Assembly (NCBI GenBank): GCA_029858305.1
Contig: JAOUFI010000001.1
Span: forward strand, 128,087-192,086
Source of the DNA: Candidatus Thorarchaeota archaeon
GTDB lineage: Archaea > Asgardarchaeota > Thorarchaeia > Thorarchaeales > Thorarchaeaceae
Reading direction: 5' to 3'
Length of the DNA stretch: 64,000 nucleotides
The translations under genes were made by a program, and so were the position numbers. Shown here piece after piece: positions 19,203 to 29,122 of this stretch; position 1 is the first letter of the stretch; each line of letters opens with the position of its first letter. The notes beneath the pieces are model-generated. The model made no database searches and was not told the DNA's origin. It was given only the letters and a program-made list of their open reading frames with translations.

Positions 19203-19226
19203 GGCCAATTCACGTTGGCCCAGTCA
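19203..19226. terminator. Hairpin (gggccaa-ttcacg-ttggccc) between convergent genes, a candidate bidirectional terminator.
   Basis: A 7-bp perfect inverted repeat lies in the 37-bp gap between the 3' ends of the OsmC gene (+) and the ValRS gene (-). Confidence 0.3.
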
Positions 19227-19229
19227 AAT

Positions 19230-21722
19230 CTATTCTTGTAACGGGGGAAGAATGTAGATCTTATTGTCCTGCTCAGAAATCTTGACTTCTATAAACCTGT
19301 CATCTTTGGGCACTCCAAAGCTGATTTTCTCAACACCATGCATTGCTTGAAGGTCCTTGCACCAAGGTTCTAGATTTTCGGAAATATAAGCCTCAGGAAG
19401 ACCTTGTCTGAGAGAGAGACCGTTTTCGCGCTTGAATTTCCAAAACGCAGAGTTTGTCTGAAGTAATAGTTCGGTGTAATCCGTTAGTTTCGACTCCCAT
19501 TCCTTACGTACTGAAGGGTAATTCTGTCTATGAATTCCTTTCTCATCATAGAGCTCTCTGTAAATCCGATCTGTGATATAGGGAGTTATCGGAGCCAAGG
19601 CTCGAGTTACTTTTTTGAGCACTTCGTGTAAAGTGAACCATGCAGATTTCTGTTCGTCTTCTGAGAAGGTACTATCAGTATTGAATGCGCGACCCTTAAT
19701 CATCTCCATTACATGGTCTGCAAACAAGTTCCAAGTGAATCCTCGAATCTCTGTTGCAGGTTTATGAAAATCAAGGAGCTCGCACTCAGGTATAATTCGG
19801 TCTAGAGTCTTGTTCAATTCTGCAAGAATCCATTGATCTACAGGGGTCAATTTTTTGAATGGTATCTCCTTAGGAATTGGAAACATCGAAATGAACCGGG
19901 CGATGTTCCAAAGCTTGGTCATGAACTTCGACACGCCTGCTAAACGATCCTCCGAGAATCGAACATCACTGCCAAGTCCAGCCTCAAGAGCACCAAACAT
20001 ACGCATTGCATCGGCACCATATTTCTCTACGAAAGGCATTGGTGGTGGTGAATTGCCCTTGGACTTGCTCATCGCTTCACCATTTTCATCTACTACATGA
20101 CCGGAAACCCATACTTCCTTGAAGGCGGGTTTTCCTGTTAGCTGTAATGTTCGAAGTAGGGAATAGTAAAGCCAAGTTCGGACTATATCTTTCCCTTGTG
20201 GACGAAGGACATTTCCAAAGGCCTTCTTGAACAATTTCTCATTGCGCATGTATCCAATTGTCTGGAGACCACTGATAGAGGAGTCCATCCAAGTATCAAA
20301 GGTACGTTCCTCTCCCTTGAATCCAGACTCTGCACCACACTTAGTACACTTGGTGAATGGAGGATCTTCATGCCAAGGCTGGTAATACTTTGGCTCACTA
20401 GATAGTTCTGGAAGAACCGGCTCACCACATGAATTGCAATACCAGATAGGAAGTTCAGTGCCATAGTAGCGGCGTCTGCTCACAGGCCAGTCTACAGTCA
20501 CTCTGTTGAGCCAATCAATGAGTATCTGTTTGTGAAATGCTGGGAAGAACGTTGTTTCTTTGGCAATGTTAAGAAGTTCCTCGACGAACTCCACCTGTTT
20601 CACATAATACTCATTCATAGCAATGAACTCAATAGGTGTTCCACTACGCCAACACAAGGGCACTCTCTGCACTGATTGTTCTTCTTTGAAGAGTAGTTTT
20701 CTCTTCTTAAGCTCAGCCAGAATTGCCTTTCGGGCCTCTGCAATGGTCATACCTGCGTATTTGCCTGCAGCCTCGGTCATTGTACCCTCAGGAGAAACTG
20801 CAGCAATTGGTGTGAGAGAATAATCCCTGAAAGCCATTATGTCAGCCTGATCACCATAACTACATACCATGAGCGCACCAGTACCGAAATCCATCTGAGC
20901 AGTTGGACTTGCTATTATGGGTACTTCAAGTTCGAATATTGGTACCTTTGCTTTCATTCCATGATACGCAGAGTAGCGTGTATCATCAGGATGTACAAAC
21001 ACTGCACCACATGCACAGAGCAACTCAGGTCTTGTGGTGGCAATCTCAATCGGATCAAGACCCTCAACTTGAAAGTGTAGATAGTTCAGAATAGTCTGTC
21101 GTTCAGAATACTCTACTTCTGCGTCTGCAATAGTTGTTCCACAGTCGAAACACCAATTATTGGGTCTCACATCAGAATATACAAGCCCCTTGTTCCAGAT
21201 TTCAATAAACGTTGCCTGAGTCACAGCTCGATATTTTGGACTATCAGTACGATAACTACCTGTGTCTTCGTACGTGTTGAATGCAATCCCAAGTCTCTTG
21301 AAAGCATGAATTGCTATCTTTTCATCTTCATCCAAGCGCTTCTTACATAAACGGAGAAACTCATCACGTGGGGTCTTATGCATGTTAATGCCGAGATCCT
21401 TCTCTACTCTGACTTCTACAGGGAGACCGTTGCGATCAATTCCAAGTGGAAAATTCACCTCAAAACCTTGCATGCGCCTGTAGCGTGCAATGGTATCAAT
21501 CTGAGTATAGTGAGTCACTTGACCTACATGCATGGGCCCTGACAGATACGGAGGAGGAGTGTCAACTGTGTAGATCTTTTTCCCCGAGTTCATATTAAAC
21601 TCGTATGTATTTTCCTTTGCCCAGGATTCCAGTAGTTGGCTCTCTGATTCAGGTGTCCAGCGTTTGGACTTGATTTTTGGTTCTAACTTCGACAAAAGGA
21701 TCATACTCCTTGATGTCAGCAA
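19230..21722 (-). CDS. valS: Valine--tRNA ligase (class I aaRS; ValRS most likely, with IleRS-type less likely).
   Basis: The HIGH-region is YTVDTPPPYLSGPMHVGQV. The KMSKS-like motif is AMSKSKGN. GIDRNGLPVE is present. The 830-aa length fits archaeal ValRS. Confidence 0.7.
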   Translation of the reverse strand: MLTSRSMILLSKLEPKIKSKRWTPESESQLLESWAKENTYEFNMNSGKKIYTVDTPPPYLSGPMHVGQVTHYTQIDTIARYRRMQGFEVNFPLGIDRNGLPVEVRVEKDLGINMHKTPRDEFLRLCKKRLDEDEKIAIHAFKRLGIAFNTYEDTGSYRTDSPKYRAVTQATFIEIWNKGLVYSDVRPNNWCFDCGTTIADAEVEYSERQTILNYLHFQVEGLDPIEIATTRPELLCACGAVFVHPDDTRYSAYHGMKAKVPIFELEVPIIASPTAQMDFGTGALMVCSYGDQADIMAFRDYSLTPIAAVSPEGTMTEAAGKYAGMTIAEARKAILAELKKRKLLFKEEQSVQRVPLCWRSGTPIEFIAMNEYYVKQVEFVEELLNIAKETTFFPAFHKQILIDWLNRVTVDWPVSRRRYYGTELPIWYCNSCGEPVLPELSSEPKYYQPWHEDPPFTKCTKCGAESGFKGEERTFDTWMDSSISGLQTIGYMRNEKLFKKAFGNVLRPQGKDIVRTWLYYSLLRTLQLTGKPAFKEVWVSGHVVDENGEAMSKSKGNSPPPMPFVEKYGADAMRMFGALEAGLGSDVRFSEDRLAGVSKFMTKLWNIARFISMFPIPKEIPFKKLTPVDQWILAELNKTLDRIIPECELLDFHKPATEIRGFTWNLFADHVMEMIKGRAFNTDSTFSEDEQKSAWFTLHEVLKKVTRALAPITPYITDRIYRELYDEKGIHRQNYPSVRKEWESKLTDYTELLLQTNSAFWKFKRENGLSLRQGLPEAYISENLEPWCKDLQAMHGVEKISFGVPKDDRFIEVKISEQDNKIYILPPLQE

Positions 21723-21914
21723 GGGTCGGCTCTAGCCGCTTAGGCTCGCTGAGGGTATATAGCCTAAAAGGGCTTTGGTTAGTCACGATTATCCATTGTA
21801 CTAAACCTGTAATGAAACAACTCGTTCGAAAATTCGGCGAACTGGTCCATTCAAGAAAACTTCTTTAATGACGAGAAGAAGATGTACTTGTAAGGCGTTC
21901 CAAGAGGACTTTCT

Positions 21915-22610
21915 ATGAGAGCCGTGCTAAAACTTGGAGGTTCACTCCTATATGACAAAGACGGAAGAGTAGTTGTCGATAGGGTGAAGAAGTATGCCTC
22001 TGTCCTCAAAGCCCTTGTAAAAGACGGCCATTCGTTTGTCGTTGTGGTGGGTGGAGGAAAGCCTGCAAGAGCATTCATTGATGCCGCTCGGTCTCTTGGA
22101 GCGACCGAGGCTCAATGTGACTGGCTTGGAATAAAGCTCGCGAGAAACAATGCAGAGTTGCTATGTGCAGCTCTAGGTAACCAAGCCTACCCAAACATTG
22201 TGGAAACCCTCGATGAACTTGAGGTCGCTATCAATCTTGGAAAGGTTGTACTGATGGGGGGATTGATACCAGCACAGTCCACAAATGCAGTGGCGGCGGT
22301 AGCTGCTGAAACCGTCCGGGCAGAGAAACTATTCAATGCAACCAATGTCGATGGTGTATATGACCGAGATCCTAAGAAGTCAGGTGCGGTGAAATTAGAG
22401 TCTGTCACCATAGACCAGTTGAGAAGGATACTTGAGGGAGGAGGTACGAAAGCAGGAGAGTACAAACTATTCGACCCTGTGGCAATTCGTGTTGTGGAAC
22501 GTTCTAGGATACCCACAATTATTTTCGACGGGACTAATCCGGATAACTTTCTACGGGCTTTTCGTGGAGAGAAGATTGGGTCCTGTGTAGTACATGATAG
22601 TTCAAAGTAG
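21915..22610 (+). CDS. pyrH: UMP kinase (uridylate kinase), archaeal type.
   Basis: The sequence MRAVLKLGGSLL...FVVVVGGGKPARAF...MGGLIPAQSTNAVAAVAAE is from the amino-acid kinase family. At about 230 aa it matches the archaeal PyrH size. Confidence 0.8.
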   Translation: MRAVLKLGGSLLYDKDGRVVVDRVKKYASVLKALVKDGHSFVVVVGGGKPARAFIDAARSLGATEAQCDWLGIKLARNNAELLCAALGNQAYPNIVETLDELEVAINLGKVVLMGGLIPAQSTNAVAAVAAETVRAEKLFNATNVDGVYDRDPKKSGAVKLESVTIDQLRRILEGGGTKAGEYKLFDPVAIRVVERSRIPTIIFDGTNPDNFLRAFRGEKIGSCVVHDSSK

Positions 22611-22622
22611 TGGTGAAGTAAG

Positions 22623-22913
22623 ATGAAGAAGTTACTTGAGAAAGTATTTGCATCCCGAGCTCAAACACGTGTAGTCCAGCATTTCTTGGATCGTCCCAAG
22701 GATTTCTTCAACCTCAGTAGGGTTGCTAAGGAAACAGGTCTGGCACATTCAACTATACATCGTGTCATGCAGCCACTAGTAGATATGGGTATTGTTAAAG
22801 AAATCAAAGTAGGGCAGCAAATACGCCTCTTTATCCTTGAAACAGAGGATCCCAAGTCTAAGATCATCTCTGAGTTTTATGATACTATTAGACCACATCT
22901 TGAAGGTCCCTAA
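22623..22913 (+). CDS. Small winged-helix-like DNA-binding protein (putative regulator).
   Basis: It is 96 aa. The sequence FNLSRVAKETGLAHSTIHRVMQPLVDMGIVKE is HTH-like. Confidence 0.5.
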   Translation: MKKLLEKVFASRAQTRVVQHFLDRPKDFFNLSRVAKETGLAHSTIHRVMQPLVDMGIVKEIKVGQQIRLFILETEDPKSKIISEFYDTIRPHLEGP

Positions 22914-23159
22914 GTAGATACTCACGAAATTTCCTAAAACCCTTAGTTTATATTATTAGAATCTAAGGTATATATGCAGAGGCGAGATTAACGCAAGTAA
23001 TCAATGGATTTTTCGAAATTGCTGCCGGACTGTTTGAATTCGGTGTTTTAGCATTTTTTTTGTACATCATGTGGCGATTTTTGATAGGAGACGAATATCA
23101 TCACAACTCGTGATGAAATTCCTCTATTTTTTGTTTACATGTATCAAGATGTGTAAGAA

Positions 23160-23732
23160 TTACAAGGCAGTTTCCGATATTTGCATACTGACGCCATAGG
23201 TTCCAATGCTCTCAAAGGTAATGCCCACATAGATTTCTCCAGCTGTGGCCATCCCGCCCTCACCAAAGTCAAAGGGAATCATATAACTTGAGTCGCAGAA
23301 TATGTATCTAAAGCCATAAGAAATAATCTCAAAGTCATACAAAGCTCCGGTCATATCGCCGCCCATATCATTCAATACTCGTATACCCATACCGCCGATC
23401 TGTGCTTGAGTCATTCCCGGTTGGATGATTTCTATTATTATGTATCCGACTGCCTTTGTTGCATCATTCAGTACATATGAAAAGCTGCTGATCGTTTCAA
23501 TGCTTACGTAATGAACACTCTCAAATGAACCACTTATTTCAATAGGCGGATTAGTGACTGTTACATCCGTTGACACTAAATTCGAAATCCACAGAAATGC
23601 ACCAGTGGCTGTTCCAATCAGAATAAGGGCAAGCACCCATGCTGGTATTGTTTTGATTACTTTCCTTTTCAAGAAGCTCATACCTTTCATCCCTCTCCAC
23701 GAAGAGTGTGACGCCCATGATACGAAGCTCAA
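23160..23732 (-). CDS. Hypothetical exported protein with an N-terminal TM or signal-anchor.
   Basis: It is 190 aa. The N-terminal TM region is VIKTIPAWVLALILIGTATGAFLWI. Confidence 0.45.
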   Translation of the reverse strand: MSFVSWASHSSWRGMKGMSFLKRKVIKTIPAWVLALILIGTATGAFLWISNLVSTDVTVTNPPIEISGSFESVHYVSIETISSFSYVLNDATKAVGYIIIEIIQPGMTQAQIGGMGIRVLNDMGGDMTGALYDFEIISYGFRYIFCDSSYMIPFDFGEGGMATAGEIYVGITFESIGTYGVSMQISETAL

Positions 23733-23899
23733 TCATATAAATATGGAGTTTATAAAACGACGAAAAGACCTCGATTAATCTCCTAACCTTCGTGAGCAGG
23801 TGGATAATCATAATTACAATGCTTTCTCATTCGGTCTACTGGAAGTAGAGCAAAACATACTGAGAACGGAAATGGCTTTATAGTGAAGATAGAAAGAAG

Positions 23900-24019
23900 A
23901 CGTTGACAGCCGAGATAGCCAAGCCCGGTCAACGGCGGTGGACTCAAGATCACAGGTCAAAGGCTTGACTCCGAGGAGATATCCACTCTCGTAGGAGTAC
24001 ATGGGTTCGAATCCCATTC
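23900..24019 (+). tRNA. tRNA-Leu (anticodon CAA) with a roughly 32-nt intron at or adjacent to the canonical 37/38 position, a long variable arm, and an encoded CCA.
   Basis: The manual fold gives acceptor GCCGAGA/UCUCGGC, a Leu-type long D-loop (AAGCCCGGUCAAC), anticodon stem GUGGA/UCCAC interrupted by UCACAGGUCAAAGGCUUGACUCCGAGGAGAUA, loop CUCAAGA, a 14-nt variable arm, and T-arm AUGGG-UUCGAAU-CCCAU. Confidence 0.75.
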
Positions 24020-24125
24020 TCGGCACCATCTCTTCATTCACGGCTCTCGATATATCTTACGACATCATCACGGAATGATTCGCAATTTTTATTACAAATC
24101 CTAACTTCTAACTAAGTAGGAGGTA

Positions 24126-24590
24126 TTGGAGATTTCTGAAGAAATTGATTCTAACGAGCTTTTAACGCGAGATAATATTAAATCCTTGCTTCTTCTATTA
24201 GCCTTTACTACACCCTTTCTAATTACTTTCGTACGCGGACTTGGATTTGTTAACATTATATTATCCGCACCGGTGTGGACGTTTGGGACTATGGATTACC
24301 CGATCTTCAGGTTCAATACATGGGAGATGATCATTATGGGACTTCCATTTGGTCTGATCAGACTCGCATTCATCCACCAGGTATTACTCTTCAAAAAGAA
24401 TCTTACAGACTCAGGAAAACTTGTCATAGTAGGAATATTCTGTGAACTCCCGGGCCTAATTCTCAGCTATATGGCTGGAGTGCCATTTCCAAGCTTACCA
24501 TTCCCATTATTCCTCATTATTGGACTGTTGCTTGCAAAATATACGACAAAAGATCCAATATCATGGATTGAAAAGAAATCAAATGCCTGA
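24126..24590 (+). CDS. Hypothetical membrane protein with about 4 TM segments, using a TTG start.
   Basis: It is 154 aa and hydrophobic. It is located between the tRNA-Leu and its partial duplicate. Confidence 0.4.
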   Translation: MEISEEIDSNELLTRDNIKSLLLLLAFTTPFLITFVRGLGFVNIILSAPVWTFGTMDYPIFRFNTWEMIIMGLPFGLIRLAFIHQVLLFKKNLTDSGKLVIVGIFCELPGLILSYMAGVPFPSLPFPLFLIIGLLLAKYTTKDPISWIEKKSNA

Positions 24591-24638
24591 ATCTCAAGTA
24601 TCTCGTGGATTACATTCAGTTTCCTTAATCAGACATAA

Positions 24639-25079
24639 GTGGCGTTGAACGTTTCATATATTATTGGATTTCATTATTTCATGAGTACACTAGGTGAGAC
24701 CTCTTTGAAGTCTTCGCGAGCAGAGTTGATAAGAAAGATACTTCTTACAGTTGACCAACATCCATCTTCAATTTACGACATACTCTATTCTATGACAAAC
24801 TTCTCAGATCCAAAAAGAACTCGACTGCCAAAACTGCTCAAAGCAATGGAAAACGAGAATCTCGTCATTAGTGCTTTACAAGCACTGCTAAATGAGGTCA
24901 GCGAGGACCACCCTATCATGGTCACAAGAGTCTATGGTCACCTAGCCTCAGTCAATAGCATTGGACTCAAGATCACAGGCCAAAGGCTTGACTCCGAGGA
25001 GATATCCACTCTTGTAGGAGTTCGTGGGTTCGAATCCCATCCTCGGCACCATTTCCGATTTTCCAGTGTTACTTCTTAA
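24639..25079 (+). CDS. Hypothetical small protein. The C-terminal roughly 40 codons are read through the partial tRNA-Leu duplicate, so the true coding extent and even the gene's reality are doubtful.
   Basis: The N-terminal portion (AELIRKILLTVDQHPSSIYDILYSM...) might be a wH-like fold. The 3' third overlaps 24961-25051, a tRNA fragment. Confidence 0.25.
   Translation: MALNVSYIIGFHYFMSTLGETSLKSSRAELIRKILLTVDQHPSSIYDILYSMTNFSDPKRTRLPKLLKAMENENLVISALQALLNEVSEDHPIMVTRVYGHLASVNSIGLKITGQRLDSEEISTLVGVRGFESHPRHHFRFSSVTS
24961..25051 (+). repeat. Partial direct duplicate of tRNA-Leu(CAA), running from the anticodon stem, through the intron, to the 3' end plus CCA. It is about 93% identical to 23929-24019.
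   Basis: The sequence ttggactcaagatcacaggccaaaggcttgactccgaggagatatccactcttgtaggagttcgtgggttcgaatcccatcctcggcacca was compared by eye with the tRNA-Leu gene. It has 6 mismatches and no 5' half. Confidence 0.8.
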
Positions 25080-26808
25080 TAGTACTCATCAATTTCTTCA
25101 AGGGAAACGTGTTGATGACATCATTTTTCGTCAACCATCCACGCCGTGCCTGATATACTCCAAACTGCATATGGTCGAGCTCTGTTGTCCAGTGGGCATC
25201 AGTGTTGATTGCGACCTTCAGACCTATCCTTGTCGCGGCACGCAGGTTACCAGCATTGAGATCAAGACGTTGTGGATGTGCATTGAGCTCCATCACAATA
25301 TTGTTCTTCTTAGCAGATTCGAACACGCGCTCAAGGTCAATCTCAAACTCAGGTCTTTTGAGAAGTAATCTACCTGTAGGGTGACCAAGTATATGGACAT
25401 ACTTGCTCTCCAGTGCATGGCAGACCCTCTCGGTCATCGTCTCCCTGTCGTCCTTCATCCTGCTATGAATTGAAACTGTGACAAGGTCGAGCTGAGACAA
25501 AACCTCATCCTTGATATCCAATGAACCTTCAGATAAGATATCCACCTCTGCACCTTTGAGAATTTTCATCTTCCAACGTCCGGATGTATTCAATGTGTCA
25601 ATCTCTTCTATACGCTGCAATAAGCGGCTCTCATCCATCCCATTTGCAATCGTGAGGCTCTGGGTATGGTCTGACACACAGTAGTACTCGTAGCCTTTCG
25701 CTTGAGCTGCATCGAGCATTTCCTCAGTCGTATTCTTTCCATCTGATTGGTCAGTATGGCTGTGCAGGTCACCGCGTATGTCTTTCAACTCGATGAGGGC
25801 GGGAAGTGCGTTATTCTGAGCAGCTTCTATCTCCCCCTTATCCTCTCTCAGCTCAGGAGGAATGAAATCCATCCCCAAGGTCTTATAGATACCAGACTCA
25901 TCCATTCCCGCAATCTTATTCTCTCCCCTGAAGAGTCCATACTCGTTAAGCCGGAGACCTTTCTTTTGCGCAATGGCTCGTAGCTTCACATTATGATCGA
26001 CATTGCCAGTAAAGTATTGTAGTCCGGCTCCAAAACCGTCCTTGGGTAGAACTCTAAGATCCACCTGAATCCCACTTGAGAGTCGTACTGATGACTTTGT
26101 TTCACCGTGTGCAGAAACACTAGATACATCTCTGAGTGTGACAAAAGTACTCATCACATGCTTCGGGTCAGTTGCTTCCACAAGAATATCGATGTCCCCA
26201 ATTGTTTCCCTTCGTCTACGGATTGAACCTGCAAAGACAAGCTGGTTGATTCCAGGCAACTTGCGAAGCTGCCTTTCTAAATCAGTGGCGATGGATAATG
26301 CATCAGCTAGAAGGGTTCTGCTAAGTCCACCTCGAGCAACTTGTATCCCCTCAAGGATTTGTTCCTGTGTCTTTGATCCGAGTCCGGGTAGTTTGGACAA
26401 TTTATCCTCATTCGCAGCTTTCTCAAGAGAGTCCAAATCAGTAACACCCAGCTTCTCGTAGACCAACTTGATGGTTTTGATACCAACGCCTGGAATCGCA
26501 TCGAGCTCCATGATTTTAATTGGAACACGTGTTCTTAGTTCATTGAGAACCTCTACATTCCCTGTGGTAAGATAGCTCTTGATGACTTCTGCCAGCCCCT
26601 TGCCTACACCTGGAATACTTGTGAGGTCATTACGGTCAGCAAGTGTTGCAACATCTTCGCCGAGAGCGGAAATGGATCTAACAGCTCGCTGGTAAGCTTT
26701 GACTTTGAAGGGTTCTTTTCCCTCGAACTCGAGGAAAAGACCTATTTCCTTAAGAACACGTGCAACTTCAGTGTTTTTTGTCACTAGCAATTCTCTCCTA
26801 TCTACCAC
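25069..26808 (-). CDS. polX: DNA polymerase X family protein with a C-terminal PHP (polymerase and histidinol phosphatase) domain.
   Basis: The N-terminus has HhH motifs (GVGKGLAEVIKSYL; LPGLGSKTQEQI). The PolX fold motif is GSIRRRRETIGDIDILV. The PHP domain has GDLHSHTDQSDG ... VSDHT ... NAHPQRLDL. Confidence 0.85.
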   Translation of the reverse strand: MVDRRELLVTKNTEVARVLKEIGLFLEFEGKEPFKVKAYQRAVRSISALGEDVATLADRNDLTSIPGVGKGLAEVIKSYLTTGNVEVLNELRTRVPIKIMELDAIPGVGIKTIKLVYEKLGVTDLDSLEKAANEDKLSKLPGLGSKTQEQILEGIQVARGGLSRTLLADALSIATDLERQLRKLPGINQLVFAGSIRRRRETIGDIDILVEATDPKHVMSTFVTLRDVSSVSAHGETKSSVRLSSGIQVDLRVLPKDGFGAGLQYFTGNVDHNVKLRAIAQKKGLRLNEYGLFRGENKIAGMDESGIYKTLGMDFIPPELREDKGEIEAAQNNALPALIELKDIRGDLHSHTDQSDGKNTTEEMLDAAQAKGYEYYCVSDHTQSLTIANGMDESRLLQRIEEIDTLNTSGRWKMKILKGAEVDILSEGSLDIKDEVLSQLDLVTVSIHSRMKDDRETMTERVCHALESKYVHILGHPTGRLLLKRPEFEIDLERVFESAKKNNIVMELNAHPQRLDLNAGNLRAATRIGLKVAINTDAHWTTELDHMQFGVYQARRGWLTKNDVINTFPLKKLMSTIKK

Positions 26809-27811
26809 TTAATGGATTAATGGACCGAATTGCATCTCGTACTGCTATGATGTTTTCTGGTGGTGTGTCTACAGTGATTACGCATCCGGGCGCAACAATG
26901 AGATGCTCAAATCCTGCTTCATCCACTGCACTCAAGACTTGTTCCTTTGCCTCATCGGAGGTGCCAGTTCTGAAGATTCCATTATGATCAATGGCACCTA
27001 GCACAGTCTTTCTGGACCTCTTTTTGCCTTCCTTGAGTGACAGTGCAGAGCTCTGGTCTTCCCAATTGATGCCATCTAGTCCATTAACTCTGGCAATCTT
27101 GTCAAAACGTATCTCTTCATTCTCCTCTCGTGCATGAAGGTGCATGATGATGAACTTCGTCTTACTCCGGAGTTTGGAGATCATTCTTAGATGATAGGGA
27201 TAGACAAATGTGTTGTAGTGCTGATCTGAAATCGAAGACTGTGTTGAGTGCTGGGTTGCTAGGAATAGACCATCGGACCCGGCTTCAAGCGTCGCTCTGG
27301 CAAAATCAATCATCACATCACAGATAATATCCAAAGCACTTTTCAAAATGGCTGGCTGTTCATCAGCGTACTTGATTAGATTCCGATCGCACAATCTATC
27401 TGCCACCATCGGAGGATCAAAGATGGTAGCCATAGTGGGAACTAATCCGTGAGCATACCTTTGGATCAACTCTACGGCTCGAACCTGGTTGCCAAACTCA
27501 CCTGTATTCACATCAACTGGTTCAAGAGTTTCCCAATCAGATGAGTCTTTGATTGGATATGTTGTCGTAGTAGTAGAGCCAGTAATCGCACCATCATAAT
27601 CTGCCGTACATCCAAAGTCAATGCAAGGATAATGCCCAAAGAAAGAAATCTTTAGAAGATCTTGGTCTATTTTCCTATGAAATTCAATCTCTGCATTGGC
27701 TAGCCCTTCGGGAGTACGATCCAGTTTTGGATGATGCTTCCAAAGAGAAATTGGAATCTGCTCCGTAAGATTTCCAAGGAATGTTTCCTTTAACAGCTCA
27801 TATTTCGACAT
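26798..27811 (-). CDS. Uroporphyrinogen decarboxylase (URO-D) family protein, possibly a methyltransferase of the MtaA/CmuA type.
   Basis: It is 337 aa. URO-D-like features are present, for example ...GLFLATQHSTQS... and the C-terminus LIVAPGCVI. The assignment is from memory of the family pattern. Confidence 0.55.
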   Translation of the reverse strand: MSKYELLKETFLGNLTEQIPISLWKHHPKLDRTPEGLANAEIEFHRKIDQDLLKISFFGHYPCIDFGCTADYDGAITGSTTTTTYPIKDSSDWETLEPVDVNTGEFGNQVRAVELIQRYAHGLVPTMATIFDPPMVADRLCDRNLIKYADEQPAILKSALDIICDVMIDFARATLEAGSDGLFLATQHSTQSSISDQHYNTFVYPYHLRMISKLRSKTKFIIMHLHAREENEEIRFDKIARVNGLDGINWEDQSSALSLKEGKKRSRKTVLGAIDHNGIFRTGTSDEAKEQVLSAVDEAGFEHLIVAPGCVITVDTPPENIIAVRDAIRSINPLSGR

Positions 27812-27927
27812 GACACCTCATTATTCTCCATCGATGATAATGAGGCTTTCGAAGAGTGACAAGCATCACACATAAGTAGATTTTAGGTTGGAAAAAACTG
27901 TGCCAATTCACATGTGGAGGATACATA

Positions 27928-29112
27928 TTGACTGAACTTACTGCCCTCTATAGTTCGGAGAAATTGTTAGCTCTAGATGGTATTGATGAATTAGATAGGA
28001 TGAGAGTTGTAGTCAATCCTTTCTGGAATAGAGCTCGGCTTGATGTCACTTGGAGCCTTCCAGTAATGGCGGGAATAACTAAGAGTCCGAACATCTCTGT
28101 CCAACAGATGAGAGACGCAACCAGAGATGAGTTGGTGTTATTCCACGACCCATCCTTTGTGGAAACCCTTGATCTCTTTGGGAATACCGGTTCAGCGTTC
28201 TCTGCCCGTTTTGGCTTTGATACTGATGAATGCCCTGTCTTTCCAGGAGTTCACAGGTATGCTCGACTGCCAGTCGGAGGCGTAATCGATGCCACAATGG
28301 GTGTTGCCTCAGGTAAGTTCAAGAACGCTATGTCCTTTGCTGGCGGCTTCCATCATGCTACGGAGAGTCAAGCTGCAGGATTCTGTTATCTCAATGATAC
28401 AGCTGTTGCTATCAAGAAGTATAAGGAACTCAATCCTAGGAAGAGAGTCTTGTATCTTGACACTGATGCACATCATGGTGACGGCACCCAAAAGGCGTTT
28501 TATGAGGATCCTGAAGTTCTCACAATTTCGCTTCATGAGAGGAGTATGGGATTCTTTCCAGGAACTGGTAGGTCAGAAGAGATGGGGATTGGTGAAGGAA
28601 AGGGTTATTCTGTCAATATACCGCTACCACCTCTTACTGACGACTTTGAGTACTGGAAGGCATTCGAAGATGTCGTCGTTCCCATCTGGTTAGCCTACAA
28701 ACCAGACCTAGTATTCTGGGATGTGGGAGCAGATGCTCATGTAGGAGATCCATTGGCAGATCTTATGCTGACTTATGATACATATTATCGTATGACTATG
28801 ACAGTTAGGCAACTTGTGCACCAAGGAGGTAGAAAATTAGTTGTAGTTGGGGGTGGAGGATATAATCCTGTAACAACTGCAAAGGTTTGGACAATCGTAC
28901 TTGCAGGGCTTGCAGATGTTGCACTACCACCAGTAATACCAGAAGAATGGCTTGACCTAATTAAGAAATATGGTCTTGAAATGAGAAGAGATGGTTGGAC
29001 TGATAGACCAAGCCGGATAGATGAAGAACACTATCCCAAGGTCAAACGTGCAGTTGACGATTCAATCAATAAGGTACGGAAGCTAATATTCCCTGTTTTT
29101 GGCTTGGAGTGA
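27928..29112 (+). CDS. Histone deacetylase / acetoin utilization AcuC family protein (arginase-deacetylase superfamily).
   Basis: Motifs are GFCYLNDTAVAI, DTDAHHGDGTQKAFYEDPEVLTISLHE and GGGGYN. Confidence 0.85.
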   Translation: MTELTALYSSEKLLALDGIDELDRMRVVVNPFWNRARLDVTWSLPVMAGITKSPNISVQQMRDATRDELVLFHDPSFVETLDLFGNTGSAFSARFGFDTDECPVFPGVHRYARLPVGGVIDATMGVASGKFKNAMSFAGGFHHATESQAAGFCYLNDTAVAIKKYKELNPRKRVLYLDTDAHHGDGTQKAFYEDPEVLTISLHERSMGFFPGTGRSEEMGIGEGKGYSVNIPLPPLTDDFEYWKAFEDVVVPIWLAYKPDLVFWDVGADAHVGDPLADLMLTYDTYYRMTMTVRQLVHQGGRKLVVVGGGGYNPVTTAKVWTIVLAGLADVALPPVIPEEWLDLIKKYGLEMRRDGWTDRPSRIDEEHYPKVKRAVDDSINKVRKLIFPVFGLE

Positions 29113-29122
29113 AAATCGTACC

